DNA from: Chloroflexota bacterium
GTDB taxonomy: Bacteria > Chloroflexota > UBA11872 > VXNJ01
NCBI GenBank assembly: GCA_965261345.1
Contig: OZ253449.1
Span: forward strand, 1-64,000
Length of the DNA stretch: 64,000 nucleotides
Reading direction: 5' to 3'
Notes under the pieces: generated by a model
What the model was told of the DNA's origin: nothing
The model's database searches: none
Seen by the model: only the letters and a program-made list of their open reading frames with translations
Position numbers and translations under genes: made by a program
Part shown: in pieces, positions 1 to 11,676 of the stretch
How positions within the stretch are numbered: the stretch's first letter is position 1
How the letters are laid out: the number at the start of each line of letters is the position of its first letter

Positions 1-699
1 GTCTTTAAGGCATTCAACAATCGCGCCTTTTCCCACCACGGCAAGGCCTACACGATTCCGCCGCGGGTCCCCTATCGTGGCTACGAGTTAGAGGAGATCA
101 CGCTGGTGCCGCGACCGCGCACGCTGCCGGTTGAGTGCTACCAGCCGCTGGTGAGCGCCAGCCAGCGCGGGATGGACTTTATGGTCAAGCACGGGATCAA
201 GGGCATGGTCGGCGGCGGGGCCGCGTCCGGTGGGGCGTCCGACAAAGTCGTACGGGCGTGGCGCGAAACGTTGGCCCGGGCCGGTCGCGAGACCGAGCTG
301 GGCGCCGACCTGATCATCGGGTTCTCCTTGCATCTGGCCGATACCGAGGAAAAGGCGATTGCCGAGGCGACCAAGTTCTTCGAGGAGGACATGAAGATGT
401 TTGCCCCGCTGGGGTTCGCCCGGGCTACCCCGGAGCAGTTGGCGGCGCTGGAAGACCCGGCGCTGATCGCTAAAACTCCGCTGCCGACGATTCGCGACGG
501 CATCGAACGCGGTTCTTGGCTGTGCGGACCTCCAGAAATGGTCGCCGAAAAACTCATGGCCGCCCAGGATCTCTATCCCGGCCTTACGCAGATAAATATC
601 GGCTCAGTGATCGGTACGCCCAAGGACGTGATCCTCGAACAGCTGCGTTGGTTCGGCAAAGAGGTAATGCCCGAGTTCAAGGCCCAAGCCAGATCCTAG
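1..699 (+). CDS. LLM-class (luciferase-like) flavin-dependent oxidoreductase, 5' end outside window
   Basis: Frame open from base 1 (VFKAFNNRAFSHHGKAYTIPP...LVPRP); C-terminus WLCGPPEMVAEKL...QLRWFGKEVMPEF is typical of LLM enzymes. Confidence 0.85.
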   Translation, partial: VFKAFNNRAFSHHGKAYTIPPRVPYRGYELEEITLVPRPRTLPVECYQPLVSASQRGMDFMVKHGIKGMVGGGAASGGASDKVVRAWRETLARAGRETELGADLIIGFSLHLADTEEKAIAEATKFFEEDMKMFAPLGFARATPEQLAALEDPALIAKTPLPTIRDGIERGSWLCGPPEMVAEKLMAAQDLYPGLTQINIGSVIGTPKDVILEQLRWFGKEVMPEFKAQARS

Positions 700-1554
700 G
701 CGCGCCACCCTTGCCAATCCGCGGGCCTGGAGCGGGCAGCGCATGGGCGGTCGAGCCCTTAAAGAATGAGGCCACCGCGACGGCCGGCAGCAGGAACCCG
801 GTGCCGGTGTAGAGCAGGTTCATGCCCGCCACGAACGCCGACCCAGCCCCGCTGGAGACACCGACATCTACCTGGCTCAGGTCGGAAGCAATCCGCGTCG
901 CCGCCACCATGGTGGCGATCACGGTGATGACCACCGCAATCGAGGTGACGTTGGCCAAATTGCGCACCAAGCTCAGCAGCGCCGAGACGATTGGGCGGAT
1001 CCGAAAATAGAGGCCGAGTTGGGCGACTCAAACCATCCGGTGCCGGCGCTCTAAGTGATCAAGGCGCCGATTTTCAGTGCCAACGAAGTCGATTCGGAAA
1101 CCCGCGAAATCGTAAACATTCCGGCGGCGGCGCGCCGCCAGCCCGCCAAACGGCGTGCGCCTTAGACCGGGCGCCCGGATCCCCTAAATAGAGCGGTCAA
1201 CGTTGGTTCCGGGACTGAAGCGTCCACCTCAGAATCGACAATCCCGACGTCTTGGAATCGCCAGTCAATCGCCGCAGCGGCCCTCTAAGTGCAGGTACAA
1301 CTTCATCGACCTTGCCCGTGGACATAAGTGTCATTTAGAGGGATCCGCATGGGTTCTGCAGCAGGCCCCTATATAGATATAGGTTCTCTTCTAGCATAAA
1401 TCGACGATTGAGCAATCGCGCCCGGGCCGAAGCGAAGTCTGAATTCACCAGGAGCTGTTCTCGGTTTTCTACGTGCACGTCATTGCCGGCGAGTCGTTGA
1501 GGGCCACATCTCGCCCGGTGTCTCCGACTACTGTTTCGATGGCGTTTCTACCCT

Positions 1555-1582
1555 ATTAGACATAATCATTATTATGTCTAAT
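1555..1582. other. dif/Xer-like recombination site (11-6-11)
   Basis: ATTAGACATAA-TCATTA-TTATGTCTAAT: perfect 11-bp inverted arms with a 6-bp spacer; right arm resembles the XerD arm TTATGTTAAAT; intergenic. Confidence 0.75.
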
Positions 1583-2175
1583 ACTGATGCAATTCCGCCA
1601 CCTAAGCCGGCGGTAAAGCCATCGCCGACAGGCCTCCAGCAGGAACAACAATCGCAACGACCCATCGCTGGCCAAGCCGCTAATTTCAAAGGGAAATTTG
1701 AATCCGGCCAGGCTGCCGAAAGTCTGACGCCCTTACCTTATATAAGTAGGCGCCATTTTGCGGCAACCCACTAAAGCGCTCGCGCCTTGCCGGCGCGATG
1801 ACCGCAACGCTTGCTCAGTCATCAATCTCGCCCAATTGCCGCAACCTGCAACGCGCGTCAGTCCTGTTTCGACGGGGCCTTGTAAATCCTCTGAACTTTT
1901 GGTTCATGAATATCAATCCATGGCAATTTCGCCGTCTGAACTTACTCGCCCGCCAATTCGGTTTGAACCGCCCGCTAGTCAATCACATAAACTGCTTGGA
2001 TAAATTCATCCAAATTAACGGATAGGTAGGACCGATTGGAGGCCCCATCGTCCGAACAGCGGTCGCAACGGTAAAGATTATGTCTACTAGCTGCGTTGGC
2101 CATGCTCGGGCGTGTTGCAGTTTTTCCTAGGATTAAATGTGCGCTGTACGCTGCACCAACTTTGGAGAAACTGCA

Positions 2176-2934
2176 ATGCCGTTTTACACCGACGGTGATG
2201 TCCGAATCCGCTATGAAGAGGTCGGTTCCGGATTCCCACTGCTGGTCACTCCCGGAGGCGGATTGAACTCCGGGGTTGACAAATGGTCGGCCCACGTGTT
2301 TAACGCGATGGCGGAGTTCAGCGGCGACTTCCGCTGCATCACCATGGACCAGCGCAATGCGATCGGCGGGAAGTCCACCGGGCCGGTACAGGTGGACGAC
2401 CCGTGGGGAGCCTTCGCTGACGACCAACTGGGGCTGATGAACCATCTCGGCATCAAAGAGTTCTTATTCATGGGCTATTGCATCGGTGGCCCATTTGCGC
2501 TAAAGCTCCTGGAGCGGGCACCTGACAGGCTCGTTGCTGCTGTGCTCTGCCAACCGGTTGGACACAGCCGGGCAACGCCGGACGCCATGTACAACAGCGG
2601 CCGCGATGACTGGGGTCCCGAGCTATGCTCTCGGCGATCCGAAGTGACGATGGGATTGGTCGAAGAGTACCTGCACAATCTGTACCGCGTCCAGCCGGAT
2701 TTTTTGTACAGCGTTTCGCGTGAATTCGCTCGCTCGTGCCAGACACCGATGCTGGTAATGCCTGATGACACGCCATCGCACTCCTACGAAGCCGCCATGG
2801 ATCTGGTGGCGTTGGCGCCCAAGGCCCAGGCTACGGTTTATCCCTGGGAGGAATCCGAAGAAGTAATGGTCAAGACAATAAACCAAGTGCGTGACTTTCT
2901 CCTGGCACATATTCCCGTGGCACATGAGCATTGA
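2176..2934 (+). CDS. alpha/beta fold hydrolase (Cys in nucleophile-elbow position)
   Basis: GGAG RBS before ATG 2176; GSGFPLL, MDQRNA, G-Y-C-I-G-G elbow. Confidence 0.85.
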   Translation: MPFYTDGDVRIRYEEVGSGFPLLVTPGGGLNSGVDKWSAHVFNAMAEFSGDFRCITMDQRNAIGGKSTGPVQVDDPWGAFADDQLGLMNHLGIKEFLFMGYCIGGPFALKLLERAPDRLVAAVLCQPVGHSRATPDAMYNSGRDDWGPELCSRRSEVTMGLVEEYLHNLYRVQPDFLYSVSREFARSCQTPMLVMPDDTPSHSYEAAMDLVALAPKAQATVYPWEESEEVMVKTINQVRDFLLAHIPVAHEH

Positions 2935-3341
2935 ACTGGGTGGCTTATCCGTCAAATCTGCTATGCGGGAAGGGGTTAGTCGGCAGGCCGCGATTCCGGT
3001 CCCTTCTTTGAGTGAATTGGAAGCAAGACCAAGGCAAACGTAATCGTTTATGTCTATAACGGGCGGTCTTCAGGGTTGATCGCCAAACTTGCGTCCAAGC
3101 GTCCGGGAGGCGACCTTTCCTGTTGTTCGCAGCATTGAGTTCGCATTAACTGCAGGTTCAATCCACGTGATCGTTCATTGACTCGAACCCCGAGGCACAG
3201 CATTCCTGAATCACGATTCTGTATCGAATTGCGCCGCCCGACCTGTGCGCGGAAATGCCCCCGAATTCGGTGTACATGAACCGGTTCCTTCGCATGGATT
3301 CGACAGCGGGAACAATAAGCTGAAGTGTTCATGAGACCGAC

Positions 3342-5411
3342 GTGTCGGTCCCGTTCTTTTGTTCAAACATTGGAGAGCTGGCCTCGCTAAGACAGCGCTT
3401 CCGCCTTGCCGCCGATATAGGCGGCACCTTTACCGATATCGTTGCCCAGGACGTTTCGACTGGGGTGTGCCATGCAACCAAGGTCCTCTCGATCCCGGCC
3501 AACCCGGAGCTGGCCGTCGTCGCGGGCATCGACGCTGCCATTCCAAAATCCGCCGGACTCGATTTTTTCGTACACGGCACCACGGTCGGGCTCAATGCGG
3601 TCCTGACTCGGACCGGTGCCAGGGTCGCGCTGCTCACGACCCGCAATTTCAGGGACATCTACGCAATTCAGGGGAACGACCGCGGCGAGATCTTCTCGAT
3701 TCGCTGGAACAAACCCGAGCCGCTCGTTCCACTTGAAGACATCTACACCGCCCGCGAGCGGATTGCCGCGACTGGCGAGGTAGTTGAATCGCTCAATTCG
3801 GACGATGTGGAAGCGTTTGCGGATGCGGTTGGATCCGGGAAGTTCGAATCGATTGCCATCTGCTTCCTATTTGCTTTCAAGAACCCGACACACGAACTGG
3901 AGGCGGAGGCGATATTGCGGCGTCGCCTGCCGGAAATCGACATTGCTCTGTCGCACCGTGTCTCCCCGGAGTGGCGCGAATTCGAACGCACGTCCACGAC
4001 CGTTATGGATGGTTACGTGGCGCCGGTCATCCGAAGTTATTTGAACCGGTTGAAATGGCAAGTCCAGGACCGGCTCTCCCCTGGCCGTGCCTTGCATGTG
4101 ATGCAATCTAATGGTGGCGTTATGTCAACTGAAGCTGCGAGCAAGGCACCGTTGCAGACACTCCTTTCCGGACCGGTCGGTGGCGCGATAGGCGGCCGCG
4201 CCCTCGCGGAGGCAACTGGGCTCGGAAACCTGATCTGTATCGATATGGGCGGGACGTCGTTTGACGCCAGCCTGATCATTGACGGACTACCTTCGTCCTC
4301 CAACGAAGCAAGGATCGAGGGACTTCCGGTCCAGATGGCAGTGGTGGACATCAACGTGATCGGCGCCGGCGGCGGGTCGGTGGCGTGGCAGGAAGCCGGG
4401 GCGATCCGCGTAGGACCTAAGTCTGCCGGATCCGATCCAGGGCCTGTCTGTTACGGCCGTGGCGGTGATGAACCGACCGTTAGCGACGCCAATCTGGTGC
4501 TTGGGCGGTTGGGCAGTGCGAATTTCTCCGGTAGCCAGATAACCCTGGATGCGAAGGCGGCGGAACGGGCATTGAGCCAATTTGGCGCCCGGTTCGGATT
4601 GGATGCGTATGCGATGGCTCAAGGCATCATCGACATCATCAATGCCAAGATGGCCGACGCGATCCGCACCATCACCGTCAGGCGCGGCATTGATCCACGG
4701 GACTTCACGCTAGTCGCGTTTGGCGGCGCGGGCCCGGCACAGGCGGCGGCACTGGCTAACGACCTTGGCACGAAGGACGTCATTATCCCGGTGCATCCGG
4801 GCGCGTTTTCGGCCTGGGGAATGCTGCAAACTGATGTTCGACGCGACTTCAAAAGTACGCTCTACGGACCCTGGGATGGTATGGAGGCTTCCGATATCGG
4901 CGAGCGGTTTGCGGTACTCGAGTGTGAGGGGCAAAAGGGTCTCGAGGCCGAGGGGGTGCCGGCCGAACACGTGAATTTCGAACGTGCGATCGATTTCCGT
5001 TATCACGGCCAGGAATATGTGTTAACGATTCCGGTAGCGCATGGCCCGCTTGACATGACAGCCGTTCGTGAGGCGTTTGACGGAGCGTACCTGCGCCAAT
5101 ATGGGCATAACAACCCCGAGGCGCGGGCGGAGATGGCAAATGTACGGGTTGTTGCTGTGGGCAAGCTCGATCGGCCGCCATTGCCCGAACCCGGACCGGC
5201 AGAACCGGCGCCGGTGCGGCGCCGAAGGGTTTATTTCTCCGGCGAGGCCATGCCAACGAGCATCGTGCAACGTTCGGCGATCGGATCCGATACCATCATT
5301 TCCGGTCCGGCGATCATCGAGGAGGAGACGGCTACGACCCTGATTCCACCGGGATGGCAGGTCTCAACCATTACCGGCGGGCACCTACTTCTGAGTCGGG
5401 AAAAGCGTTAA
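3342..5411 (+). CDS. hydantoinase A/5-oxoprolinase family subunit
   Basis: DIGGTFTD, HGTTVGLNA, SGPVGG, DMGGTSFD, GAGGGS motifs; exact start uncertain. Confidence 0.92.
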   Translation: MSVPFFCSNIGELASLRQRFRLAADIGGTFTDIVAQDVSTGVCHATKVLSIPANPELAVVAGIDAAIPKSAGLDFFVHGTTVGLNAVLTRTGARVALLTTRNFRDIYAIQGNDRGEIFSIRWNKPEPLVPLEDIYTARERIAATGEVVESLNSDDVEAFADAVGSGKFESIAICFLFAFKNPTHELEAEAILRRRLPEIDIALSHRVSPEWREFERTSTTVMDGYVAPVIRSYLNRLKWQVQDRLSPGRALHVMQSNGGVMSTEAASKAPLQTLLSGPVGGAIGGRALAEATGLGNLICIDMGGTSFDASLIIDGLPSSSNEARIEGLPVQMAVVDINVIGAGGGSVAWQEAGAIRVGPKSAGSDPGPVCYGRGGDEPTVSDANLVLGRLGSANFSGSQITLDAKAAERALSQFGARFGLDAYAMAQGIIDIINAKMADAIRTITVRRGIDPRDFTLVAFGGAGPAQAAALANDLGTKDVIIPVHPGAFSAWGMLQTDVRRDFKSTLYGPWDGMEASDIGERFAVLECEGQKGLEAEGVPAEHVNFERAIDFRYHGQEYVLTIPVAHGPLDMTAVREAFDGAYLRQYGHNNPEARAEMANVRVVAVGKLDRPPLPEPGPAEPAPVRRRRVYFSGEAMPTSIVQRSAIGSDTIISGPAIIEEETATTLIPPGWQVSTITGGHLLLSREKR

Positions 5412-5414
5412 CAA

Positions 5415-7124
5415 ATGGGCCCAATTGCCGATCCGGTAACGACCGAAGTGGTCCGAAATTTCGTGATTTCGTGCGCCGAAGACATGAACGCGGCGCTTTG
5501 GCGCTCGGCTTATTCGGCCGTCATCTATGAGGGACGCGACAGCGCTGTCGCCCTAATGGATGCAAACGGCGACATGCTCGGCCAGTCGACCGGAGTGCCG
5601 CTGTTCATCGGTGCAATTGATGCGTGCGTCCACCATGTCCGCGATTACTACGGCGACGACATATCCCCGGGCGATGTCTTCATCATGAATGACAGCTACT
5701 TGCAGGGCACGCATCTGCACGATATCACCGCGCTCGGCCCAATCTTTTACGGCGACGACCTGGTTGGCTTTGGCGCCGCCCGGGCGCACTGGGGCGATAT
5801 CGGCGCGATCGACCCCGGTTCGGTAATGGGTTCCACCAGCATCTACCAGGAAGGTCTTCGGCTCGGGCCAACCCGCATCATCCGGGCGGGCACGCCGATT
5901 CGGGAATGGTTTGACCATCTTCGGCTCAACACTCGATTGCCGGAAGTGTCGATAGGTGATCTAAATGCGCAGATTGCTGCCATTCGTACCGGTCAGTGGC
6001 GGCTCGCGCAACTGCTCGATCGGATCGGACCCGATGTCTATCGTTCGGCCTGCCTGAATATCTTCGATCAGGCCCGCCGGCTTGATCGGGAGGCGATCGC
6101 CCAACTCGCCGACGGAACTTACCACCGCGAAGGGTTCCTTGATGATGACGGCGCAGGCAGCGACCCGATCAAGGTTGCCCTGACCCTAACGATCGCGGGC
6201 GAGGAATTGTTGATCGATCTCGCCGGCACGTCAGGACCGGTTGCGGGGTCGGTGAATTGCGGCGCCGTGCAAACCGAATCGCTGCTTCGACTTGCCTACA
6301 AGACGATGATCAACCCGGATCTGGCCATTACCGGCGGATCATTCGAAACCATGAAGGTCAAGATCCCGGAATCCTGCCTGTTCAATGCGCAGGAACCGGC
6401 AGCCTGTGAATGGTACTTCACCGGTCTAGGTTTGCTTGCCGACCTGATGATTTCCTGCATGTCTGAGGCGATGCCGGAACATGCGACGGCAGCCCATTAC
6501 GGGGATTCAATGGTGTCCAGTTTCTTTTCGGTTGATCCGCAACGCGGGCAGTGGATCGCGATCGAACCGACCGCCGGCGGTTGGGGTGCGCGCGTCGATG
6601 GTGACGGAGAAAGCGCCCTTATCAATCTGGTAAACGGGTCATTTAGAAATATTTCGGCAGAGGTGTACGAAACAAAGTTTCCCGTTAGGGTTGAGGAGTT
6701 TTCCCTGCGTCGGGATTCAGGTGGGGCCGGCAAATGGCGCGGCGGTTGCGGCGTCATAAGGCGTTTCAAGTTGCTGGAAGGTTGCTTTGGCGCGCTGTGG
6801 TTCGATCGGTCCAATACCCCAGCGTGGGGATTAGCTGGCGGAAGTGCGGGCGCCGGCCCGGTAAACACCATCACCCTGCCGGATGGAACGCAGGAGCATC
6901 CACTGAAAATGCGGGCCCGCAAACTCCCAGCTGGGTCCATTGTCGACACCCGAACGGGCGGAGGTGGCGGCTATGGCAAACCTGTGCATCGCGCGTTTGA
7001 GCACGTACTTCGCGATGTCCGTCAGGGCTTAGTTTCTCCTGAATGTGCGCATTCGCAATACGGCGTCGTAATCCGTCATGGATCCCTACTGGACGAAAAC
7101 GCCTCCGAGCCAAGAACCGGCTAA
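5415..7124 (+). CDS. hydantoinase B/5-oxoprolinase family subunit
   Basis: ND.Y.GTHLHD, DSGGAGKWRGG, TGGGGGYG motifs; 3 bp after the A subunit. Confidence 0.92.
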   Translation: MGPIADPVTTEVVRNFVISCAEDMNAALWRSAYSAVIYEGRDSAVALMDANGDMLGQSTGVPLFIGAIDACVHHVRDYYGDDISPGDVFIMNDSYLQGTHLHDITALGPIFYGDDLVGFGAARAHWGDIGAIDPGSVMGSTSIYQEGLRLGPTRIIRAGTPIREWFDHLRLNTRLPEVSIGDLNAQIAAIRTGQWRLAQLLDRIGPDVYRSACLNIFDQARRLDREAIAQLADGTYHREGFLDDDGAGSDPIKVALTLTIAGEELLIDLAGTSGPVAGSVNCGAVQTESLLRLAYKTMINPDLAITGGSFETMKVKIPESCLFNAQEPAACEWYFTGLGLLADLMISCMSEAMPEHATAAHYGDSMVSSFFSVDPQRGQWIAIEPTAGGWGARVDGDGESALINLVNGSFRNISAEVYETKFPVRVEEFSLRRDSGGAGKWRGGCGVIRRFKLLEGCFGALWFDRSNTPAWGLAGGSAGAGPVNTITLPDGTQEHPLKMRARKLPAGSIVDTRTGGGGGYGKPVHRAFEHVLRDVRQGLVSPECAHSQYGVVIRHGSLLDENASEPRTG

Positions 7125-8137
7125 TGGAGCGGTCACACACGTGACGGCCCTGCCACGGGGTCATGCAGATTGCGGATTTTTGTAGTCGACTCAGAAATTA
7201 CCACTCGGCCGATTGGCGCGATGATCATGGGTGGCGATTCTTGGCTACGAGGCGCGAGATTGTGCGCAATCGGATCAATAGCGGATGTTGTCGAGCCGCC
7301 GAGCCTGCCGGGTAAGCGTCTCCCATCCTTCTTTTTCGGGGATCAGGCGCGCTCAGATTTGAATTGTCCAGCCATCAAATTCGTGCGCATGGCTGCGGAT
7401 TTCAAAGTCACCTACGCGCTTGACGAATTCGGCCAGTTTTCTGTCTTGGTTGAGGGCTTCAATCAGCCCGGCCCCAAAATCCTCGCCCCGCCATTCAACG
7501 CCGGTGATTTTTCCAAACAATGGAAACGACTTGAGCCTTTGCGTTGAGACTTTGACGGGGTGGTCGACGGCCCCAGGGAGCTGGGATGCGATCAGCAACA
7601 CTGCCCACCAAAAAGTAGGACTGTGTTGGGAACGATCCTGCTTTAAGACGTTAATGGCCGAAATCGGCTCGTCGCGAATGTCGACTAGTCTAAGAGATCG
7701 TCGGAGTAAGGATTTGCCAACTTTTTCTTCCGGCCGCCCACGCTCGGCCATTTCCGCATCGACGCCCAGTGATCACAGCGCAAAGCTGAGGTCATCGCGC
7801 GTCTTGTCGCGCAATTTCTCTTTCACAAAGTCATCGAACCTGATGCGGATTTGAGGTCGCCAGAACGATTAAATTCGCCTTGGCTGATCAATTCGTTTAT
7901 GGGTTTCGGCAGCTGGAGGGTACTTGGGAATAGGGAAGGATAGTTCCCGGAAAGTCAATGATGGATCTTTTCTCGATTGCTGGCTGCAAAGATTGTGTCT
8001 GCTTTGGACCGCTGAGGCAAAGAGCCGTCAAAGCCCTGACGCCGACTTCGGCGCCACGAGATTTTTTGGCGATGACCAAGATTGAATCATTTGCGCTCGC
8101 GAGTGGCATCTAACGCCTGCAGGCGAAATCATGGCGC

Positions 8138-8647
8138 TCATACTGCCGTGGGCGGCCGCGTCAGCGTTTTCACGAGCGTTCCTGCCCTTATCTGGGAGCT
8201 ATCGCGCGCAGTCACCCAGCGCCCTTGAGTCTGTCGGTAGCCGCGCCGCAGATAGAGGCGCAGATTCCTAGTTGCATTCATTCGGACTGGGCATTTGAGT
8301 GAGGTAACACCTTCGCGCTCTGCCGTAACCTCGAGCCAGCCAAGCAGGGCATCTGCGATCCCTTGTCCGCGAGCATCTGGGACCACGGCGAGCCGGAAGA
8401 AATCAAGGGCGTCATTGGCTATACGGAAGCGCGCACAACCAATTACGGCTCCAGATTCTCGAAGTGAGCCTGCGGCCATGCGGACGCCGTCATAGCGCAT
8501 GCCTTCAGCAACCTCCTATGATGTCTCAAGTAGGGCGGACGAGTGCGTAGTTTCCTCGTACTCCATGTAAGCTGCTCGTGTCACAGCGCGAATAGTCTCG
8601 GCCGAATCGGCTGCGACTTCATTTATCGTGATGCTTGGTCCTGCCAT
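8138..8647 (-). pseudogene. GNAT N-acetyltransferase with one in-frame TAG
   Basis: ATG at 8647 gives MAGPSITI...SALLETS*EVAEGMR; TAG at 8516-8518; acetyl-CoA motif RLAVVPDARGQGIA downstream. Confidence 0.7.
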
Positions 8648-9061
8648 CGGCGATCGTCCTTAAGTCAAGATGCGAGAGGCGCTCTCGCGTGAATCGTAGC
8701 CGTCACCTGGAACTCAACCTCCGCAATCTTGCCCCTCTCGCGGCCCACCTAGACCTGATACCGCTCGATCAGATGCCAGATGGTCGCCAATTGATATCGC
8801 AATTGTGTAGAGGGATTCGTTGGGTGCAACAGCTTCAAGATTGGCAATGCGGGCGGCAACGCGGTCCGGTGCCAATCACGCGGATCGCCGGCCCTGCGTC
8901 GCGTTGAATGGAACCTTTTGCGCCAATCGTTGGACGCACCTCGATCAATTCCCGTGGTTGCAAACCGTTCGACACAGAATTGCCTGGATCCCGCCCTTAA
9001 AGAATCGTAAGCAGTTTGCAGGCCAAGCCAGATTTCCCAGGGAATACGCTAGGGGACGGCG

Positions 9062-9439
9062 TTGCTGGAAACGATAGTGAGCGGCAACCACGTCCTGCTG
9101 CTTAACGAACCATTCGGGGCCTTGGATGCGCTTAACCGGTTGGGCATGCACCGCTTTTTGCTCGGAGTCCGATCGAAATTGGACCTGGCGATGTTATTTG
9201 TCACCCATGATCCAGGCGAGGCGGTGGCCCTGACCGAGCGGATCGCGGTGATCTCGCCGCGCCCCGGAAGGATCGTGAACAAGCTTCCGGTTCGATTGGG
9301 CCACCCTTCCAAAGGTGCCCGGGCAGCAAGCGCGTTGGCGACGTACCGTGCGCGCCTGTTGGTCGCGCTCGGGTCGGGGATTGGCGCAAGCATCGGTGAG
9401 CGAAAATTCGTCGGCCGGGGCGCCAGATTGAATCTCTAA
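9062..9439 (+). pseudogene. C-terminal fragment of NitT/TauT-type ABC ATP-binding protein
   Basis: LLLNEPFGALDAL (degenerate Walker B/D-loop), FVTHD, SPRPGRI; no Walker A in frame. Confidence 0.7.
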
Positions 9440-9464
9440 CCGTCCGTCCGGCAGCTCAATCCCG

Positions 9465-10715
9465 ATGCAAACCCCTACCCACTCCCGGCCCGTCGCCGCT
9501 GCCGCGGCGACGGCCCAGAGGATCCCTTGGTCAGTTGTTCTGGCCGGGGCGGCGATGGCATTTATCTTCACCGGTTCGAACCAGTCGTTCGGGGTTTTTC
9601 TGAAAGCAGTGACCGCGGACCTGGGGGTGGGGCGAGAAACCTTTTCGCTGGCGATCGCGGTGCTGCAGCTGGTCACCGGTCTGCCGGTTGCGGCCTACCT
9701 GGCCGACCGCTACGGACACTGGAAAGTGATCGTCCCCTCGGCATTGGTCTATTCGCTGGCGATGCTGCTCACATCGCAGGCCCAGACCGGATTCCAATTC
9801 CTGGCCTATCTGGGTTTCCTGGGCGGCATTTCCGTCAGCGGCGCCTCGATGACGGTGGTTGTCGGCGCCGTCGGCCAATTAGTACCGGTGAAACGCCGAA
9901 GCTTTGTCTTTGGCATCCTCACTGCCGGCTCCTCGGCCGGCATGTTCGTGCTGGTTCCGTTGTGGCAGCAGATCCTGAACCTGGTTGGATGGCGCGCCAA
10001 CTTTGCCCTTTTCGCGGTGGTACCGTTGGTGATCGGCCTGCTGGCGCTGCTGTACCTGCGCAACACCGGCGGCCTGCCCCGCAGCGAGGATGTGGTCGAC
10101 GAGCCGTTCTCGAAGATAGTGGACCGCGCCCGGCACAACCGCGATTACCTCCTGCTGACGGCGGGCTTCTTCGTCTGCGGCTTTCACGTGAGCTTTATTG
10201 CCACCCACCTGCCGGCATACCTTTCCGACGGCGGCGTTTCCGCTACCGCGGCCGCTTTGGCGTTGGCGCTGATCGGGTTATTCAATATCTTTGGATCGGC
10301 GATCTCCGGGCGCCTCGGCGACCAATATCGCCGTAGCCGCCTGCTGGTGATCGTCTACTCGCTGCGCGGGGTCGTCCTGATCGCGCTGCTGGCCCTGCCG
10401 TTGAACGCGGTGACGGCGATGGCCTTCGGGGCATCGATGGGGTTGCTGTGGTTGGCGACGGTGCCGCTCACGTCCGCGGCGGTGGCCCAAATGCTGGGCG
10501 CGCGCTATCTGGCGGTGATGTTTGGGGTCACATTCTTTTCCCACCAGATTGGATCCTTCCTGGGTGTTTGGCTGGGCGGGCGCGTCTACGATTCCATCCA
10601 GTCCTATGACCCGATCTGGATAGCGGCCATCATCTTGGCGTTTGTTGCGGCCCTAGTTCACCTTCCGATCAGAGACGACGGCCGGGTCAGGGCCGCCGCC
10701 GCCGCCGCGTATTAG
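9465..10715 (+). CDS. MFS transporter
   Basis: 416 aa with ~12 hydrophobic segments; LADRYG and GRLGDQYRR motifs; GFFVCGFHV. Confidence 0.9.
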   Translation: MQTPTHSRPVAAAAATAQRIPWSVVLAGAAMAFIFTGSNQSFGVFLKAVTADLGVGRETFSLAIAVLQLVTGLPVAAYLADRYGHWKVIVPSALVYSLAMLLTSQAQTGFQFLAYLGFLGGISVSGASMTVVVGAVGQLVPVKRRSFVFGILTAGSSAGMFVLVPLWQQILNLVGWRANFALFAVVPLVIGLLALLYLRNTGGLPRSEDVVDEPFSKIVDRARHNRDYLLLTAGFFVCGFHVSFIATHLPAYLSDGGVSATAAALALALIGLFNIFGSAISGRLGDQYRRSRLLVIVYSLRGVVLIALLALPLNAVTAMAFGASMGLLWLATVPLTSAAVAQMLGARYLAVMFGVTFFSHQIGSFLGVWLGGRVYDSIQSYDPIWIAAIILAFVAALVHLPIRDDGRVRAAAAAAY

Positions 10716-10935
10716 CAGCCTGTAGAGATCGTTGCGGGACACTCCCGAAGGCGCCTTCGGGTATTGCGCGGCCCGGCAATCGTATTCATCCAACAGGGGC
10801 GCGATCGGCGGTGCTTTGTCTTCCCACATTGATTCCAGGTTCGTCTCCCAATCGGCGTCAGCGGGTCACGGCAGGGCGGGTTAGCCGATGATGCTGGCGC
10901 CGGGATTGCAATCGCCCGGGCCGATGTCGGGCCGT

Positions 10936-11676
10936 TTACTCGGCGGTCGCGCCGCCGTCTATGATCAGTTCGCTACCGGTTACAAACGAGGACTCGTCGG
11001 AGGCCAGATACAGCGCCGCGTAGGCCACGTCGTCTACCGTGCCGACCCGGCCGAGGGGCGTGTAGGCGTCGTACTGCTGTGCCTGTAAGACCTGGGCGAG
11101 CAAGTCAGTTTCTATGGGACCGGGATGTAGCGAGTTGGCGCGGATACCGTCGGCGGCGTACTGGATCGCGGTCGTTTTGGTGAAGATGCGAACCGCCCCT
11201 TTTGAGGAAGCGTATGCGGTGGCGCGGACATTGCCCACGATCCCGGAGATCGACGAAACGTTAATGATCGAGCCTCCGCCGGCCATGCGCATCGGCCCGA
11301 TGGCGGCCTTGGTTCCGAGGAAGACCCCCTTGGAGTTGACGTTGTGGACGGCGTCCCAGTGCTCCACGGTGGTTTCCTCCACCCGGCCACCGCGCCAGAT
11401 GCCGGCGTTATTGACCAGCACATTCAACTCGCCGTATCCGGAAACGGCGACGGCGACGGCATCCTGCCAGTCCCGCTCGCTCGTAACGTCCAGATGCACG
11501 AACTTGGCATCGCCGCCTAGTTGATTGATTTCGGCTGCGACCCCCGTCCCGGCAACGTCGAGGAGATCCCCGATGACGACCCTGGCGCCCTCGCGGGCAA
11601 ACAACCTGACTTGGGCCGCACCCAACCCTTTTGCGGCGCCGCTGATAAGGGCGACTTTGCCATCTAATCGACCCAA
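10936..11676 (-). CDS. short-chain dehydrogenase/reductase
   Basis: GAAKGLG, NNAG, YASSK, IDGG motifs. Confidence 0.92.
   Translation of the reverse strand: MGRLDGKVALISGAAKGLGAAQVRLFAREGARVVIGDLLDVAGTGVAAEINQLGGDAKFVHLDVTSERDWQDAVAVAVSGYGELNVLVNNAGIWRGGRVEETTVEHWDAVHNVNSKGVFLGTKAAIGPMRMAGGGSIINVSSISGIVGNVRATAYASSKGAVRIFTKTTAIQYAADGIRANSLHPGPIETDLLAQVLQAQQYDAYTPLGRVGTVDDVAYAALYLASDESSFVTGSELIIDGGATAE

Noticed and set aside
1368-1383. Short palindrome CCTATAT-AG-ATATAGG near the dif-like site
   Set aside because: Single 7-bp-arm palindrome with no supporting context
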